Under the pieces are notes generated by a model that worked only from the letters and a program-made list of their open reading frames with translations, searched no databases and had not been told where the DNA came from. Both the position numbers and the translations under genes were made by a program. A stretch of 64,000 bases of DNA from Acidobacteriota bacterium (GTDB taxonomy: Bacteria; Acidobacteriota; UBA6911; JACQSX01). The stretch lies in the NCBI GenBank assembly GCA_036507075.1, contig DASXQR010000010.1, positions 31,628 through 95,627 on the forward strand, written 5' to 3'. Below are positions 49,083-60,136 of this stretch, piece by piece (the first letter of the stretch is position 1; each line of letters opens with the position of its first letter).

Positions 49083-49907
49083 TTACTGGCTAATTAAACC
49101 AGAATTGGCCTCCTGAAAATGTTCTCCAGCACTGCTGGTCGAAACGTCAACCGCGGTAACTCCGATATCGCGGTTGGCACGTATTTCGAGCGTCCCTCCA
49201 AAGAACAATGTCACTTGGGGGAATAAGTCAGTTAGAGTCTTAAGCGTGTTGCCACCCGCCGGAATGGATACCGCTGCTTGACCTACCTGATTACCAGATC
49301 CGTCTCGAAGAACCAAAATTACGTCTGCCTGACCGTCAGAGCCCAGGGGAAGCGCAAGCCCAATGCCCAGACTCTCGAAGATATTTGGGTCAGCTTGCTG
49401 GCCGAGAGGCACGAATCTAGCATCCATAAAAAACCGCTTGCCTAGACTGCCTGGCCGTAAGAGCAATCGAGCACTTACGATAATAGAGGGAGGATTAAAA
49501 AGAGTATCGGAGCTATGAGTGATTTCTTCTTGGACAATGACTGGCACATTCGAGGTTACGAGCATGCACCCCGCAATGATAGAGTCTCGAAAGTCAAAGT
49601 CTATGTTGCGCCTAAATGAGAACGGAGCAATCTGGAAGGTCGTTACGAACACAGGAAGTGGTTTGATTTCCTTCCCTAACGGATCAAGAATCATAAAAGA
49701 AATCGTCGCCGTCGATGAGTTTGGGTTAACTACATTAAAATACGAGTGATAGGCATCATAAACAGAGAAAGCGGGATTGCTTGGATTCCGCGCTATTGAG
49801 ACACGTACATAAAGTGGAAAGAAGGCTGTGGTGGCTGCCCCTGATTGAGCCATCATCAGACTAGGGCAAAGGCTTAGGATTCCGAGTAGGCAAAATACTG
49901 GCTTCAT
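49083..49907 (-). CDS. Secreted hypothetical protein
   Basis: AGGAG RBS, signal peptide, beta-rich repeats; lower GC. Confidence 0.7.
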   Translation of the reverse strand: MKPVFCLLGILSLCPSLMMAQSGAATTAFFPLYVRVSIARNPSNPAFSVYDAYHSYFNVVNPNSSTATISFMILDPLGKEIKPLPVFVTTFQIAPFSFRRNIDFDFRDSIIAGCMLVTSNVPVIVQEEITHSSDTLFNPPSIIVSARLLLRPGSLGKRFFMDARFVPLGQQADPNIFESLGIGLALPLGSDGQADVILVLRDGSGNQVGQAAVSIPAGGNTLKTLTDLFPQVTLFFGGTLEIRANRDIGVTAVDVSTSSAGEHFQEANSGLISQ

Positions 49908-50392
49908 GGTCAAGGTCTCCTTTTGACCTTTAGATTGGTCTTTGAGTGGTGGGCATGCCGGTAACGCAAATGAGGAAGGTCACCTGCACCAAAATACCGG
50001 CAGATATGTCTTGATAACATCCAGACCTGCAAAAGCTCGGCGGATGATATATACTAAGGATGCCGCGGCATTAAAAATGTCTAAAGAAAACTTTATCTTA
50101 GATCCTACGTGGGCCCCCCCACGACCCAGCGGAAGGCCTCCAAACGGCCTCGCCCTAATATTTAAGTAGCATGATTTCTGTTCCTAAACCATGTCAACTC
50201 TCTTTTTTGTGAAAATCATTAAAATTGGCCACGGCCTGCCCAAAACAGTACCGAACTGATTAGATATCTAGATCGTAGAACCTCATGATGGCATAGCTTT
50301 GGGGACAGTATTTGGGGTCAAGGGGTTCCAGCCTGAATCTACGTTGACCGAGTGCCGACGGCCGGAAACGGTGCTTCTCACGACCATGTTCA

Positions 50393-50477
50393 CCAGCAGC
50401 GTGGAAATTACGGCGTTACCTGCAAAATTGTAGATTTGAACCCACTCCATGGTGAGCGAAGGGAAACGAAGTCGGAC
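50393..50477 (-). pseudogene. Duplicated 5' fragment of the lactate permease gene
   Basis: Encodes MEWVQIYNFAGNAVISTLL versus MEWIQIYNPAGNAVISTLL; upstream sequence also matches 47697-47723. Confidence 0.85.
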
Positions 50478-50702
50478 AAAAGAATTGGAACCAGCGCATC
50501 CAGCGGTAGGATCTGCACCAAAATTACGGCAGATATCTGCTGATAACATCCAAACGCCCAAAAAAGCCTAAGGATGCCCTACTTCGCTAAGGATCCTGCG
50601 GCGTAGGAAATGTCTGCTCGGCGGCAACTCGGGTGGCCATGTTAGACCGCCCTACGAGCGCTTTTCAAAGCTCAGTCACGCGACTTGAGTCATCACACCA
50701 AT

Positions 50703-51114
50703 AGTGCCGCGTGGCGTAAGCCCGCGTCCAGCGAATCGACCCGCCTTCTCCACGTCAGTGGTCGCGTGGCGTGAGCCTGCGGCGCGCGCATCGAGCGGCC
50801 TGAGGCTAAAGTGCGACACTAATGGATCAGAGATGACGGTCGTAAGAGCGCCGCGGGTTGAAGAACCTGTAAAAAAATTGGACGCCACCGGGCTTGTCCC
50901 GCTGGTGAACGCGATTCTTCACTAGGATACAAACCCCTACGGAGCTCCCGGAACACTGGCGAAGTATTTGTGGGCACGCGTTCTAGTGAAGAATCATACT
51001 CACCAGCGGGACGAGCCCGGAGGCGTCGATTTTTTCGCAGGTTCGACGTCACGTGGTACTGACGGGGAGGAAGTGGGTCGATTCGCCACACGCGGGCTGA
51101 CGCCACGCGGTACT
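50703..51114. mobile_element. Nested REPIN/MITE-like non-autonomous elements
   Basis: Outer IR about 50703-50770 / 51047-51114; inner IR about 50863-50925 / 50983-51044, each with GC hairpins. Confidence 0.7.
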
Positions 51115-51142
51115 GCAAGAGGCAGAGCCGGCTCAGCGCCTG

Positions 51143-54100
51143 TCACCGTACGGTCGCTTCCGAGGGGCGCTTTGTTTCCTTCAGGCTGCTCAGGAATTCG
51201 AGCAGGTCGGCCAACTGCTGTTCCGTCATGGTGGAGACGAGATCTTCGGGCATTAGAGAGAGCTTGCTGCGGCGCCGCGATGTGATCTCGGACGGCTTGA
51301 ACCGCAGGATTTCGTTTGCGTCCGTCCGCACAGCGACGCGCTGCGGCGTGTCTTCCATGATGATCCCGATGACATCGCCTTGCGTTTTGGTTTCCAGTAT
51401 CCACACGTAGTACTCCGGCGCGATGCCGGCGCTCGGATTTAGAATGGAGTCGAGCAGGGCGTCCTTGCCCAATTTGCTGCCGATTACCGACAGATCCGGA
51501 CCAACCAGCCTCTTGCCTCCGATGCTGTGGCAGGAACTGCATTTCGGACCTGTGGCGGACAAAAAGACCCTGCGTCCCCTTTCCCGGTCGGCAGGACGCG
51601 AGAACAACGCCCACGAAGGCGGAAGCGGGGTTTTGCCTCTGGTAGTGGCAAGCGGCAACAGCTTTTCCGCCCGCGACTTGATCGCAGGATTGCGGCTGGC
51701 GTTGGTGACCACGCTTGCCGCGCGTTTCAACTCCGGCGGTAATTGGCCGTTCTGTTCCAGGTTCAGCAGCAGGGTCATTCCCTGTTCGGATCGACCCAGC
51801 ACCTTTACCGCTTCAGTGCGGATCTCGTTGGGCGCGTCGCTGCGAATCAGGCGTCCAAAACGCGTCTCCAGATCTTTGGGCCGGGAAAAACCGATGGCAC
51901 GTATCGCCGCCAGCCTGATGGGCATCGGTCCGGTATGGGAAAAGCGCTCCAATTCCGGCAGATAAACGGGGTCGCGCGTCTTCCCCAACGCGTGAATCGC
52001 GGTGATGCGGACTTCATCGGCGGTGGACGCGGCCTGGATAATGGCGATCAGCTCCGGTCCGTAAGATGTATCCTCCATGTCATCGGCCAGTTCCAGGGCG
52101 CGGGCCTGCAACTCCGGAGTGTGCAAGGCTTTTTTAATTACCGCTGCGGTGGCGGGATGCTTGCGAAGCGGAATCCACAGGCTGAAAAGCTGGCGGGAAA
52201 AAACGTCGAAGGCATGCTGCGACAACTCGGGCGGGTTCCCTTCGATGTTGAGAAATTCGGCGACCGCCTTTCCCGCTTCGACATCGGGCATCACGGCCAG
52301 CGCGTCGAGCGCCTCTGTCCTTTGGGCGATGGAGAGCTCGGGACTCTGGAAGCTGGCAATCAGGTAAGGCACGGCATCGGAGGGCCTGAATTCCCAGATA
52401 AAGCGAGCCAGCGTGGAATCCCACTTTCCCGGATACAGATCTCGCAGCCGGCCATACAGCAGATTCTCTTTGCCGCGCGCGCTGATTCCCAAAGCTTCAA
52501 GGTACCAGCGGTCCTTTCCGTCATACCGCCGACAGAGCTCAATTAAGGGACCGACAGCCATCTGAGGTTCCGCGTGCTGCAAAGCGATGGCGACCTCACG
52601 GCGAACCTGGGGCGAAGGATCCTTCGCAAGGGAACTGATCAGCCGGTTCGCGTCATTCTCTTTGCAGGCGCGCAGTATCCGGGTCGCCAGGATGCGAAAA
52701 TCAGGATCCGGATCCTGCAACGTCTCCAGCACCTTCTTTTCTCCTTCACCGGGAATCCCACCCAGCAACCAGAGAGCGCGAGCCCTGAGAATTCTGTCTC
52801 CGCTTCCCAGCATGGATTGAAGCATGCCTGCGGCGGCCGGGCCCCGCTTTTTGAATTCCATGTAGGCGAGATAACGAACCGACTGCGCCGGAGAGCTCAA
52901 CGCGGCCGCCAATCCTTCACTCGACTTGAGATCGACCACGGGATTGCGGCTTCTGAAGCCTGCGGGGGCGAGCCTGTAAATCCTACCCTGGCTGATGTCC
53001 ACCATCTGATGGCCGCCTACACCCGGATCGTACCAATCGCTGATATAGACGGCGCCATCCGGTCCGACGCAAACATCCGAAGGACGGAACCATGTGTCCT
53101 GGGACTCTACGGTGTTTTCGATGTCAATCGCGTACCCTGCTCCGTCCCGGGAAAGGGAATAAGTATTGATCAGCCGCTTCCCTGCTTCGGCGTGAATCAG
53201 CTGGCCCCGGTGCTTCTCCGGCAGAAGCCTTCCTTCGTAAACCAGGAGACCGCAGGGAGCGCCCGCGCCGGTTCTCTTGATATTGGGAACAACTCCGGGA
53301 TTCTCAGAATGAAAATGAGTTCCCTTGTCTTCCCGCCAGCTCCTGCCGCCGGGTCCCCAGTAACCAAAATTTCCGCCTTCCATCACGTAATTCACCCGCA
53401 CCCAGGCGTTCCCATCGTCGTCATTGTCGGTCTGCCAGATATTGCCGAATGAATCCAGTGCCAGCTCATAAGGATTGCGGAAGTTATGCGCCAGGACAGT
53501 GAGCCCCGTGCCGTCCGGGTTCACTCTTAAAGCACAACCGGCAAAGTACGGACCTGATTTGGAACTGACCAAGCGGGTTCCGGACCGGTCTGTGATGTCA
53601 AACCCCTGGTCTCCGTTGTTCAGGTAGTAACGTCCGTCATGACCAAACACTACGGCATGCACGCCATGGTCGTGATCGATTCCGCGCCACCCGGTCAGCA
53701 ATACCTCTTTCTTTACAATGTTGTCCTGATCGTCCTTGGTAAAGATGATCAGGTCCGGTGATTGTGAAACGATTACCTGGTTACCGAGAACGGCGATGCC
53801 CAACGGCGAGCGAAGACTGGGATCCTGGGCGAAAACTTTGGTCTTATCCGCTTTTCCGTCACCGTCGGTGTCTTCCAATATCAGGATGCGATCACCCTTG
53901 GCGCGATAGTCCGGCTTGCCAAAAAGAGTGCGCCGATAATTGACAGCCTCCAGGACCCAGATTCTGCCGCGCGCATCAACATCAATGTTTGTGGGATTGA
54001 CCATGCTCGGCTCGGAAGCCCACAGCGTGATTTCCAGGCCATCGGCAGTCTTCAATCCGGCAAGGGTCTGCTGCGGCGACTTCTGAGGAAGCAGGACTGC

Positions 54101-54160
54101 GGTGAGCGAGATGGAAAAACAAAGGAAAAGGATGAATGGATAAGTGGAAGGTCTTTGCAT
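51143..54160 (-). CDS. PVC-type membrane-bound dehydrogenase with HEAT repeats and C-terminal cytochrome c
   Basis: NP.NIDVD.RGRIWV.E..NY, NFRN.YE, FRPSDV..GPDG...DWYD, CSSCH, GPDLS.IG, SLMP. Confidence 0.9.
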   Translation of the reverse strand: MQRPSTYPFILFLCFSISLTAVLLPQKSPQQTLAGLKTADGLEITLWASEPSMVNPTNIDVDARGRIWVLEAVNYRRTLFGKPDYRAKGDRILILEDTDGDGKADKTKVFAQDPSLRSPLGIAVLGNQVIVSQSPDLIIFTKDDQDNIVKKEVLLTGWRGIDHDHGVHAVVFGHDGRYYLNNGDQGFDITDRSGTRLVSSKSGPYFAGCALRVNPDGTGLTVLAHNFRNPYELALDSFGNIWQTDNDDDGNAWVRVNYVMEGGNFGYWGPGGRSWREDKGTHFHSENPGVVPNIKRTGAGAPCGLLVYEGRLLPEKHRGQLIHAEAGKRLINTYSLSRDGAGYAIDIENTVESQDTWFRPSDVCVGPDGAVYISDWYDPGVGGHQMVDISQGRIYRLAPAGFRSRNPVVDLKSSEGLAAALSSPAQSVRYLAYMEFKKRGPAAAGMLQSMLGSGDRILRARALWLLGGIPGEGEKKVLETLQDPDPDFRILATRILRACKENDANRLISSLAKDPSPQVRREVAIALQHAEPQMAVGPLIELCRRYDGKDRWYLEALGISARGKENLLYGRLRDLYPGKWDSTLARFIWEFRPSDAVPYLIASFQSPELSIAQRTEALDALAVMPDVEAGKAVAEFLNIEGNPPELSQHAFDVFSRQLFSLWIPLRKHPATAAVIKKALHTPELQARALELADDMEDTSYGPELIAIIQAASTADEVRITAIHALGKTRDPVYLPELERFSHTGPMPIRLAAIRAIGFSRPKDLETRFGRLIRSDAPNEIRTEAVKVLGRSEQGMTLLLNLEQNGQLPPELKRAASVVTNASRNPAIKSRAEKLLPLATTRGKTPLPPSWALFSRPADRERGRRVFLSATGPKCSSCHSIGGKRLVGPDLSVIGSKLGKDALLDSILNPSAGIAPEYYVWILETKTQGDVIGIIMEDTPQRVAVRTDANEILRFKPSEITSRRRSKLSLMPEDLVSTMTEQQLADLLEFLSSLKETKRPSEATVR

Positions 54161-54212
54161 TTGGTTGTTGTGTTTGCCGGTAGAGCATAACAAAAGAAAA
54201 TGTGGAAAGTCA

Positions 54213-54318
54213 CATTGCTTCACCGCAGAGGCGCAGAGAACGCAGAGGTTGCGCAGAGACATGCAAGCGAAACACTGCGCATTCTCTGCGTCCTCTGCGC
54301 CTCTGCGGTGAAGCAATG
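54213..54318. repeat. Inverted 9-bp-period triplet element
   Basis: CATTGCTTCACCGCAGAGGCGCAGAGAACGCAGAG / CTCTGCGTCCTCTGCGCCTCTGCGGTGAAGCAATG. Confidence 0.9.
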
Positions 54319-54386
54319 CAGGCGCCAGACAAAACTTTGTTAAAAAAGCGAGAAGTTGTCAACAGGTTACAGAGAGGACACAGAGT

Positions 54387-54470
54387 TTTGTCCGTTGTCT
54401 GTGGTCAGTGGTTCTTGCATGCTAGTCGTCAGGAGCGACAACTGACAACGGGCCACGGACAACGAACAAA
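54387..54470. repeat. Inverted heptamer element
   Basis: TTTTGTCCGTTGTCTGTGGTC / GGCCACGGACAACGAACAAAA. Confidence 0.7.
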
Positions 54471-54480
54471 ACGCTTTCGT

Positions 54481-54945
54481 TTACGCCACGGCAGTGGGAT
54501 CGTTTCTTTTCAGGAAGGGATCAAAGGACAGAAGATATTCCAGCTCTTTCACCTGTTCCGACAGACGCTGCTGCAATTCAACCACGCGCTCGCCCACCCT
54601 CACCCGGGCCAATAACTCCTCGCGATCGAAGGGCTTTGTGATGTAATCATCTGCTCCGGCCTGCAAGCCGGTGATGATATTTTCCTTTCCGGTCTTGGTA
54701 GTCAGCAGAAGAAGGTACGTCGGACTCTTTTTGTTATGTTCACGTACATACCGGCAAATCTCAACGCCGCTGAATTCCGGCATGTCCCAATCAAGAATGG
54801 CAAGCGGCGCCGGGTCATCTCTCTGGAGAGCCTCCATGGCCTCCCTGCCATTGCAGGCGATCTCGACCTGGTATCCTCGTTTTACCAGTGTTGTCTCGAG
54901 AAGGCGGCGTGAAACCAAATCATCTTCAGCAATTAAGATTCTCAA
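54481..54945 (-). CDS. Response regulator receiver protein
   Basis: [23 protein letters not shown]. Confidence 0.9.
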   Translation of the reverse strand: MRILIAEDDLVSRRLLETTLVKRGYQVEIACNGREAMEALQRDDPAPLAILDWDMPEFSGVEICRYVREHNKKSPTYLLLLTTKTGKENIITGLQAGADDYITKPFDREELLARVRVGERVVELQQRLSEQVKELEYLLSFDPFLKRNDPTAVA

Positions 54946-57707
54946 ACTACACCTTCCTGTATGAAAGCGCTCAGCTCGGGTTTGAGCCGCGCTATTTCAG
55001 CTTCCAGTCCCTGGCAGGCTTCATGTATACGCGCCAGGTCCTGCCCGAAAGCCATCTTCTCGAGCACGAGCGCCGCGTTAAACGCCGCGTCGGCTGAGAA
55101 ATTTCCCACCGAACCCTTTAGTTTGTGCGCGGCGCGTTCCAGCGACTGCACATCGCGCCTGCTGATCGCCTCACGGATGTCAGACAACAGCCTCGGGCAA
55201 TCCTCAAAGAACAAACCGACCACTTCCTTCATCAGCGCCATGTCTCCCTCGAATCGATCCAGCGCAGCGGTTGGGTTGAAGGCAGCAATTTGTGCCATTA
55301 CCTGGCGCGGACGCGCTCCGGATTCAGCGGCAGATGCTGCATTTGTCGTCAGCTTGTCGATGGCGGCAAAGAAGGCTTTTGTCTGGATCGGCTTGGCTAA
55401 ATAATCATCCATTCCCGCTTCAAGGCACCTCTCGCGATCGCCCTTCATGGCATGGGCCGTCATTGCCACGATCGGCACATGCGCGCCGGTTGCCGCCTCT
55501 CTCCTTCTGATTTCCGCCGTGGCTTCGAACCCTCCCATTTCGGGCATCTGCACATCCATCAGCACCAGATCAAAAGCCTCTCTGGCAAGCGCTGCCAGCG
55601 CTTCGCGGCCGTTGTTTGCCACCACCACGCTATAGGCCCGCTTGTGAAGCAGGCCCAGCACCAGTTTTTGATTAACCTCGTTATCCTCGGCAAGAAGGAT
55701 GTGAAGGCTGCGCCGGTTCTCGCGCAGCGTATGACGAGTAACCAGTGCCTGCTCGCCCTGCAGGGTTTCGGCTTTGTTGATCACGGTCATGATGGCGTCA
55801 AACAGATCCATTTGCCTGAAAGGCTTGGTCAGGTAAGCCGAAATGCCAAGCTCGCGGCAGCGCGACGCGTCGCCATGCTGGCCGACTGAGGACAGCATCA
55901 TGATGGTCGGGCCTGTAAGCTCGGGTTGAGTTCGAATCTTCTCTGCCAATGCGAACCCATCCATGCCGGGCATGTGGGCGTCGACAAGAACCAGGTCATA
56001 GAGCTTGCCCGAGCGACGGGCCTCCTGCAGCACAGCAATGGCGGCCGGGCCTCCATCAGCCAAGTCGGGAACCATCTGCCAGTTCATGAGTGACTCCTGC
56101 AGCACGCGGCGATTGGTTTCATTGTCGTCAACCACCAGCACCCGCAGGCCTTTGAGATTAACCGGTTGCGTGCGGGGTGGAGCCGCTGCATTCTGCTTTG
56201 GTAACCCAAAACGGGCAGTGAAATGGAAGGTGCTGCCCTTTCCCGGTTCGCTTTCCAGCCAGATGGCGCCTCCCATCATCTCCACCAGACGCGCGGAAAT
56301 CGTCAATCCCAAGCCGGTCCCGCCGTACTTGCGCGTGGTGGAGCCATCCACCTGTGTAAATGCTTCGAAAATGGCAACCTGCTTTTCGGGCGGTATTCCA
56401 ATTCCTGTGTCGCTGACATCGAAACGAAGAACCACCTCATTCTTCGCGCGGGACTCCTCTGTTACGCGAAGAGCCACTTCGCCTCGCTCGGTAAACTTGA
56501 TGGCGTTGCCTACCAGGTTCACGATCACCTGGCGCAGGCGCCCGGGATCCGCGCTTAGCATTTCCGGTATCTCGGAAGGAACCTCATAGATCAGTTCCAG
56601 ACCCTTCTGATGCGCGCGCAAAGAGAGAACTTTCATGGCATCATGAAGACCATCGCGCAGGTTGAAGTCCAGCGGATCCAGGTCGAGCCGGCCCGCCTCA
56701 ATCTTCGAAAAGTCCAGGATATCGTCCACCAAAGCAAGCAGGGCGTCCGCCGACGCTTTCACCAGACCGAGGTATTCTCGCTGTTCGGACTTCAATTCTG
56801 TGTCGAGCGTCAGTTCCGTCATGCCCAGAATTCCATTCATGGGCGTGCGAATTTCGTGGCTCATGTTCGCCAGAAATTCACTCTTGGCGCGGCTCGCTTC
56901 CTCGGCCCTGTCTTTGGCCGCGATTAATTGCGCGTTGACTGTGAGCACTTCCGCCGTGCGGGCAGCCACCTGCTCTTCCAAATGGTTCCGGTGTTGTTGT
57001 AATTCTTCGTCCCTGTTCTGGATTTGTTCGAGCATCCCGTTGAAGCCGTCAATCAGCAAACCGACTTCATCTTCGCTTCGCTTGGGCACTCGAATGGAGT
57101 AATTCTTTTCCGCGGAGACGCTGCGGGCGGTCCTGGCCAGCTCCAGAATCGGCTCGGAGATCACCTTCTGCAATCGGGAAGACATCACGAAAGCCACAAA
57201 CGAAGATGACAGCATGAACAAAAGCACGATCCCCGCGTAGCGGATCAGACGCTCGTGAAACTCGCCCAGGTCGGACTCGATGTACACGGTCCCGATTATG
57301 TTGCGGTTGACCGGGATAGTGCGAAAGAGAGCCAGCCGGTTTGAGCCGAAATAACTGCCGTCCTTCAATGGCAGCGACGGGGTGAAGTCTGCCTTCGCGT
57401 CGCTCTTTACGTATTTGGCAAAGGGCTCGCCTTCCCGCGTGTAGATACACGCCGATATGACGTGTTCTTTCGCTTCCAGTGACTGGAGCAGATCCTGGGC
57501 AGAACGCGATTCATTGAATGTAAGTGCCGAGGCGCAGTTGGTGCCTATGATCTCGGCCAGGATCGATAGATCGCGCACCATTGACTGGCGGAAAGTGACC
57601 GCGTCGTAAACAACAAAGGCCGCGCATGCCAGCAGCAGCGCCACACTGCTTGTCAGCATGATGATGTTTCTGAGCTTTTTCTTGATGGAAAGATCCTGGA
57701 ATTTCAT
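54942..57707 (-). CDS. Hybrid sensor histidine kinase (periplasmic CHASE-like, HAMP, HisKA, HATPase, 2x REC, HPt)
   Basis: [32 protein letters not shown], two receiver domains, AHKLKGS. Confidence 0.95.
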   Translation of the reverse strand: MKFQDLSIKKKLRNIIMLTSSVALLLACAAFVVYDAVTFRQSMVRDLSILAEIIGTNCASALTFNESRSAQDLLQSLEAKEHVISACIYTREGEPFAKYVKSDAKADFTPSLPLKDGSYFGSNRLALFRTIPVNRNIIGTVYIESDLGEFHERLIRYAGIVLLFMLSSSFVAFVMSSRLQKVISEPILELARTARSVSAEKNYSIRVPKRSEDEVGLLIDGFNGMLEQIQNRDEELQQHRNHLEEQVAARTAEVLTVNAQLIAAKDRAEEASRAKSEFLANMSHEIRTPMNGILGMTELTLDTELKSEQREYLGLVKASADALLALVDDILDFSKIEAGRLDLDPLDFNLRDGLHDAMKVLSLRAHQKGLELIYEVPSEIPEMLSADPGRLRQVIVNLVGNAIKFTERGEVALRVTEESRAKNEVVLRFDVSDTGIGIPPEKQVAIFEAFTQVDGSTTRKYGGTGLGLTISARLVEMMGGAIWLESEPGKGSTFHFTARFGLPKQNAAAPPRTQPVNLKGLRVLVVDDNETNRRVLQESLMNWQMVPDLADGGPAAIAVLQEARRSGKLYDLVLVDAHMPGMDGFALAEKIRTQPELTGPTIMMLSSVGQHGDASRCRELGISAYLTKPFRQMDLFDAIMTVINKAETLQGEQALVTRHTLRENRRSLHILLAEDNEVNQKLVLGLLHKRAYSVVVANNGREALAALAREAFDLVLMDVQMPEMGGFEATAEIRRREAATGAHVPIVAMTAHAMKGDRERCLEAGMDDYLAKPIQTKAFFAAIDKLTTNAASAAESGARPRQVMAQIAAFNPTAALDRFEGDMALMKEVVGLFFEDCPRLLSDIREAISRRDVQSLERAAHKLKGSVGNFSADAAFNAALVLEKMAFGQDLARIHEACQGLEAEIARLKPELSAFIQEGVV

Positions 57708-57866
57708 CTCAGCGTTTCATCGAAACGAGTGGACCTGCAAACAAATATCCGGCCTTTTTCATCAGCCTTCCCCGTCCGGTCATCTCCTCAATTGCGAAAA
57801 TCAATTTTCAGTTCCCCGAGTGTCCTGAGAATATTACGGTATGGATGGGATCTTCAGGAGTGCTAT

Positions 57867-57948
57867 CAGTCACCAAACTTGACTGTAAATAACTGAATAA
57901 TAAGTAGATTGAGTCATATTATTGACGGTGAACCGTCACAATCTTGAC
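57867..57948. promoter_or_regulatory. Three GTCA-N6/7-TGAC palindromes upstream of the kinase
   Basis: CAGTCACCAAACTTGACTG 57867-57885, GTCATATTATTGAC 57913-57926, GTCACAATCTTGAC 57935-57948. Confidence 0.45.
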
Positions 57949-57974
57949 AGAAGGCTGACCCCGCCAGAAAATCC

Positions 57975-58143
57975 AGATTATTCACAAACTGATTGCCACG
58001 AAGACACGAAAACACAAAGGGTCATCATTTAACCCGAAGTGGCACTTCTGAATTAATCTCTTTGGCTGTTGCCAGAGTATTACTTCTAATTGAAGGTTAA
58101 GAACTTCGTGTCTTTGTGGCAAGTCATGTTTGTGGATAAGTCC
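57975..58143. repeat. Inverted element with GATTATTCACAAA ends
   Basis: GATTATTCACAAAC..TTGCCACGAAGACACGAA / TTCGTGTCTTTGTGGCAA..GTTTGTGGATAAGTC. Confidence 0.75.
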
Positions 58144-58184
58144 AAGAAAAAACGGCGGGCTCCTCTTAACTTTGGATGAACAGA

Positions 58185-59180
58185 TCAGCCGAGGCCGACT
58201 TTTTCTCTTACCGCGACGAGAGTTTCTTCGGCCACAGGCCGAACTCGATCGGCACCCTGCTTGAGGAGTGAATCGATGTGGCCCGGATCGGACTTAAGTT
58301 GCAGGTAGCGCGTCTGTAATGGTCTTAAACCTTCGATCACCGCGTCGGCAAGCTCTCTCTTCAAGTCGGCGTATCCTTTGCCTTCGAATTGAGCTTCGAT
58401 TCCCGCTCGTTCCTTACCGGTGAAAAGCTCGTAAATCGTAAGCAGGTTAAAGATCTCGGGACGGTGTTTGTCGAACCGGATTTCGCGGCCTGAGTCGGTG
58501 GTGGCGCTCATTACCGACGCGCGGATATCCTCGGGCGAATCCAGCAGGTCGATAGCATGCCCCACCCGTCGCTCGCTCTTGCTCATCTTCTTGGAAGCGT
58601 TGTCCAATCCCATGATCCGGGCCCCTTTAACCGGGATTGAGGGTTCGGGCACTTTGAAGGTCTGTCCGTAAATAGAATTGAAACGCTGCGCCACCTCCCG
58701 CGTCAACTCCAGATGCTGCTTCTGGTCCTCGCCCACTGGAACCTCGTCGGTTTTGTAAAGGAGTATGTCGGCGGCCATCAGCGATGGATAATCGAAAAGA
58801 CCCACGTTGACCTGGTCTCTTCGGTTTTGCGACTTCTCCTTGAACTGCGTCATGCGCTGCATCCATCCCATCGGTATGAAACAGTTCAAAATCCATGCCA
58901 GCTCTGTATGAGCGCTGATATGAGACTGAACGAAAATCACCGACTGTCCCGGATCAATGCCCGCCGCAAAGAGAATTGCCGCCACCTCGCGAGTCTTGGC
59001 CTTAAGCTTCTGGGGATCCTGTGGCATGGTGATAGCGTGCAAGTCAACTACGCAGAAGATGTTATCGAACCGCGCCTGCGAAGCGACCCAGTTGCGAATG
59101 GCTCCAAGATAATTCCCGATATGGATGTTCCCCGTCGGCTGTATTCCGGAAAAAACTCTCTTCTTCTTCGTTTCGGACAT
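58185..59180 (-). CDS. trpS: Tryptophan--tRNA ligase
   Basis: SGIQPTG..HIGNY, VPVGEDQ.QH, KMSKS. Confidence 0.97.
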   Translation of the reverse strand: MSETKKKRVFSGIQPTGNIHIGNYLGAIRNWVASQARFDNIFCVVDLHAITMPQDPQKLKAKTREVAAILFAAGIDPGQSVIFVQSHISAHTELAWILNCFIPMGWMQRMTQFKEKSQNRRDQVNVGLFDYPSLMAADILLYKTDEVPVGEDQKQHLELTREVAQRFNSIYGQTFKVPEPSIPVKGARIMGLDNASKKMSKSERRVGHAIDLLDSPEDIRASVMSATTDSGREIRFDKHRPEIFNLLTIYELFTGKERAGIEAQFEGKGYADLKRELADAVIEGLRPLQTRYLQLKSDPGHIDSLLKQGADRVRPVAEETLVAVREKVGLG

Positions 59181-59272
59181 GATTGTGGAACCCATTTCAG
59201 TGCGGTGGATTTTTGCACAAGATTGCCGCTGTGCAAAGCGTTCTTGTCACAAAAGGAAGGGAAAGAGAGATA

Positions 59273-59617
59273 TCAGAGAAGTCCCAACTGCAGTTTTGCA
59301 GCTTCCGACATCTTGTCCATGCCCCAGGGAGGATCCCAGACCAGCTCGACGCTGACATCCGTTACGCCGGGAACGCCGCGCACCTTGGCTTCCACTTCAG
59401 GAGGCAGTGATTCGGCCACCGGGCAGGCGGGAGACGTCAGGGTCATGCGGATATGAACAATCCCCATGGGCGCAACATCGAGGTTATAGACCAGGCCTAA
59501 TTCGTAAATGTTGACCGGTATTTCCGGATCGTAGATGGTCTTTAAAGTTTCGATGACCTTCTCTTCGATCTCCTTGACATTGCTCGCCGCGTTGGTGGTT
59601 TCCGTGTTGGTTTCCAT
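59273..59617 (-). CDS. sufT: SUF system Fe-S assembly protein (DUF59/SufT)
   Basis: DPEIPVNIYELGL, MTLTSP.CP, WDPPW. Confidence 0.9.
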   Translation of the reverse strand: METNTETTNAASNVKEIEEKVIETLKTIYDPEIPVNIYELGLVYNLDVAPMGIVHIRMTLTSPACPVAESLPPEVEAKVRGVPGVTDVSVELVWDPPWGMDKMSEAAKLQLGLL

Positions 59618-59624
59618 AGTCTTG

Positions 59625-59688
59625 GCTTTGTGTCCTTTGTGCCTTTGTGGTGACAGTGCTCTCACCACAAAGGCACAAAGGACACGGA
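59625..59688. repeat. Inverted 9-bp-period triplet element within the suf operon
   Basis: GTGTCCTTTGTGCCTTTGTGGTGA / TCACCACAAAGGCACAAAGGACAC. Confidence 0.9.
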
Positions 59689-59691
59689 GAA

Positions 59692-60135
59692 TTATTCAGT
59701 CGAAACAGGGCCTCGCTTGTCTTCGATCGCCGCCTGCAGGGTGTGCCACGCCAGTATGGCGCACTTTACCCGTACCGGGAATTCACTCACCCCCTGGAAT
59801 ACGGAGAGCTTCCCCATCGCGGATTTCTCCGCATCCTTTGTTCTGCCCGTAACCAGGTTGTGAAAGTTCTTAAACAGCGCCTGCACATCACCCAGTTTCT
59901 TTCCCTTGAGCGATTCGGTCATCAGCGAGGCTGATGCCGTCGATATGGCGCAGCCCGAACCCTTAAACCGGATATCCTCGACCTTGTCATCTTTGATCTT
60001 CAGGTATACGGTCACCTTGTCGCCGCAGAGCGGATTGTAACCTTCGGCGCTATGGTTGGCATCCTTCAGCTCGCCGAAATTGCGAGGTCGCTTGTTATGA
60101 TCGAGAATGACCTCCTGGTACAGTTCGTTCAGCAT
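59692..60135 (-). CDS. sufU: SUF system NifU-family protein
   Basis: LYQEVILDH, NPLCGD, GCAIS.AS, RVKCA. Confidence 0.93.
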   Translation of the reverse strand: MLNELYQEVILDHNKRPRNFGELKDANHSAEGYNPLCGDKVTVYLKIKDDKVEDIRFKGSGCAISTASASLMTESLKGKKLGDVQALFKNFHNLVTGRTKDAEKSAMGKLSVFQGVSEFPVRVKCAILAWHTLQAAIEDKRGPVSTE

Positions 60136-60136
60136 T

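Noticed and set aside
54161..54316. Extended N-termini given by the ORF track (also 6485, 24606, 59668)
   Set aside because: Extensions are translations of intergenic palindromic repeats; downstream ATGs fit better.
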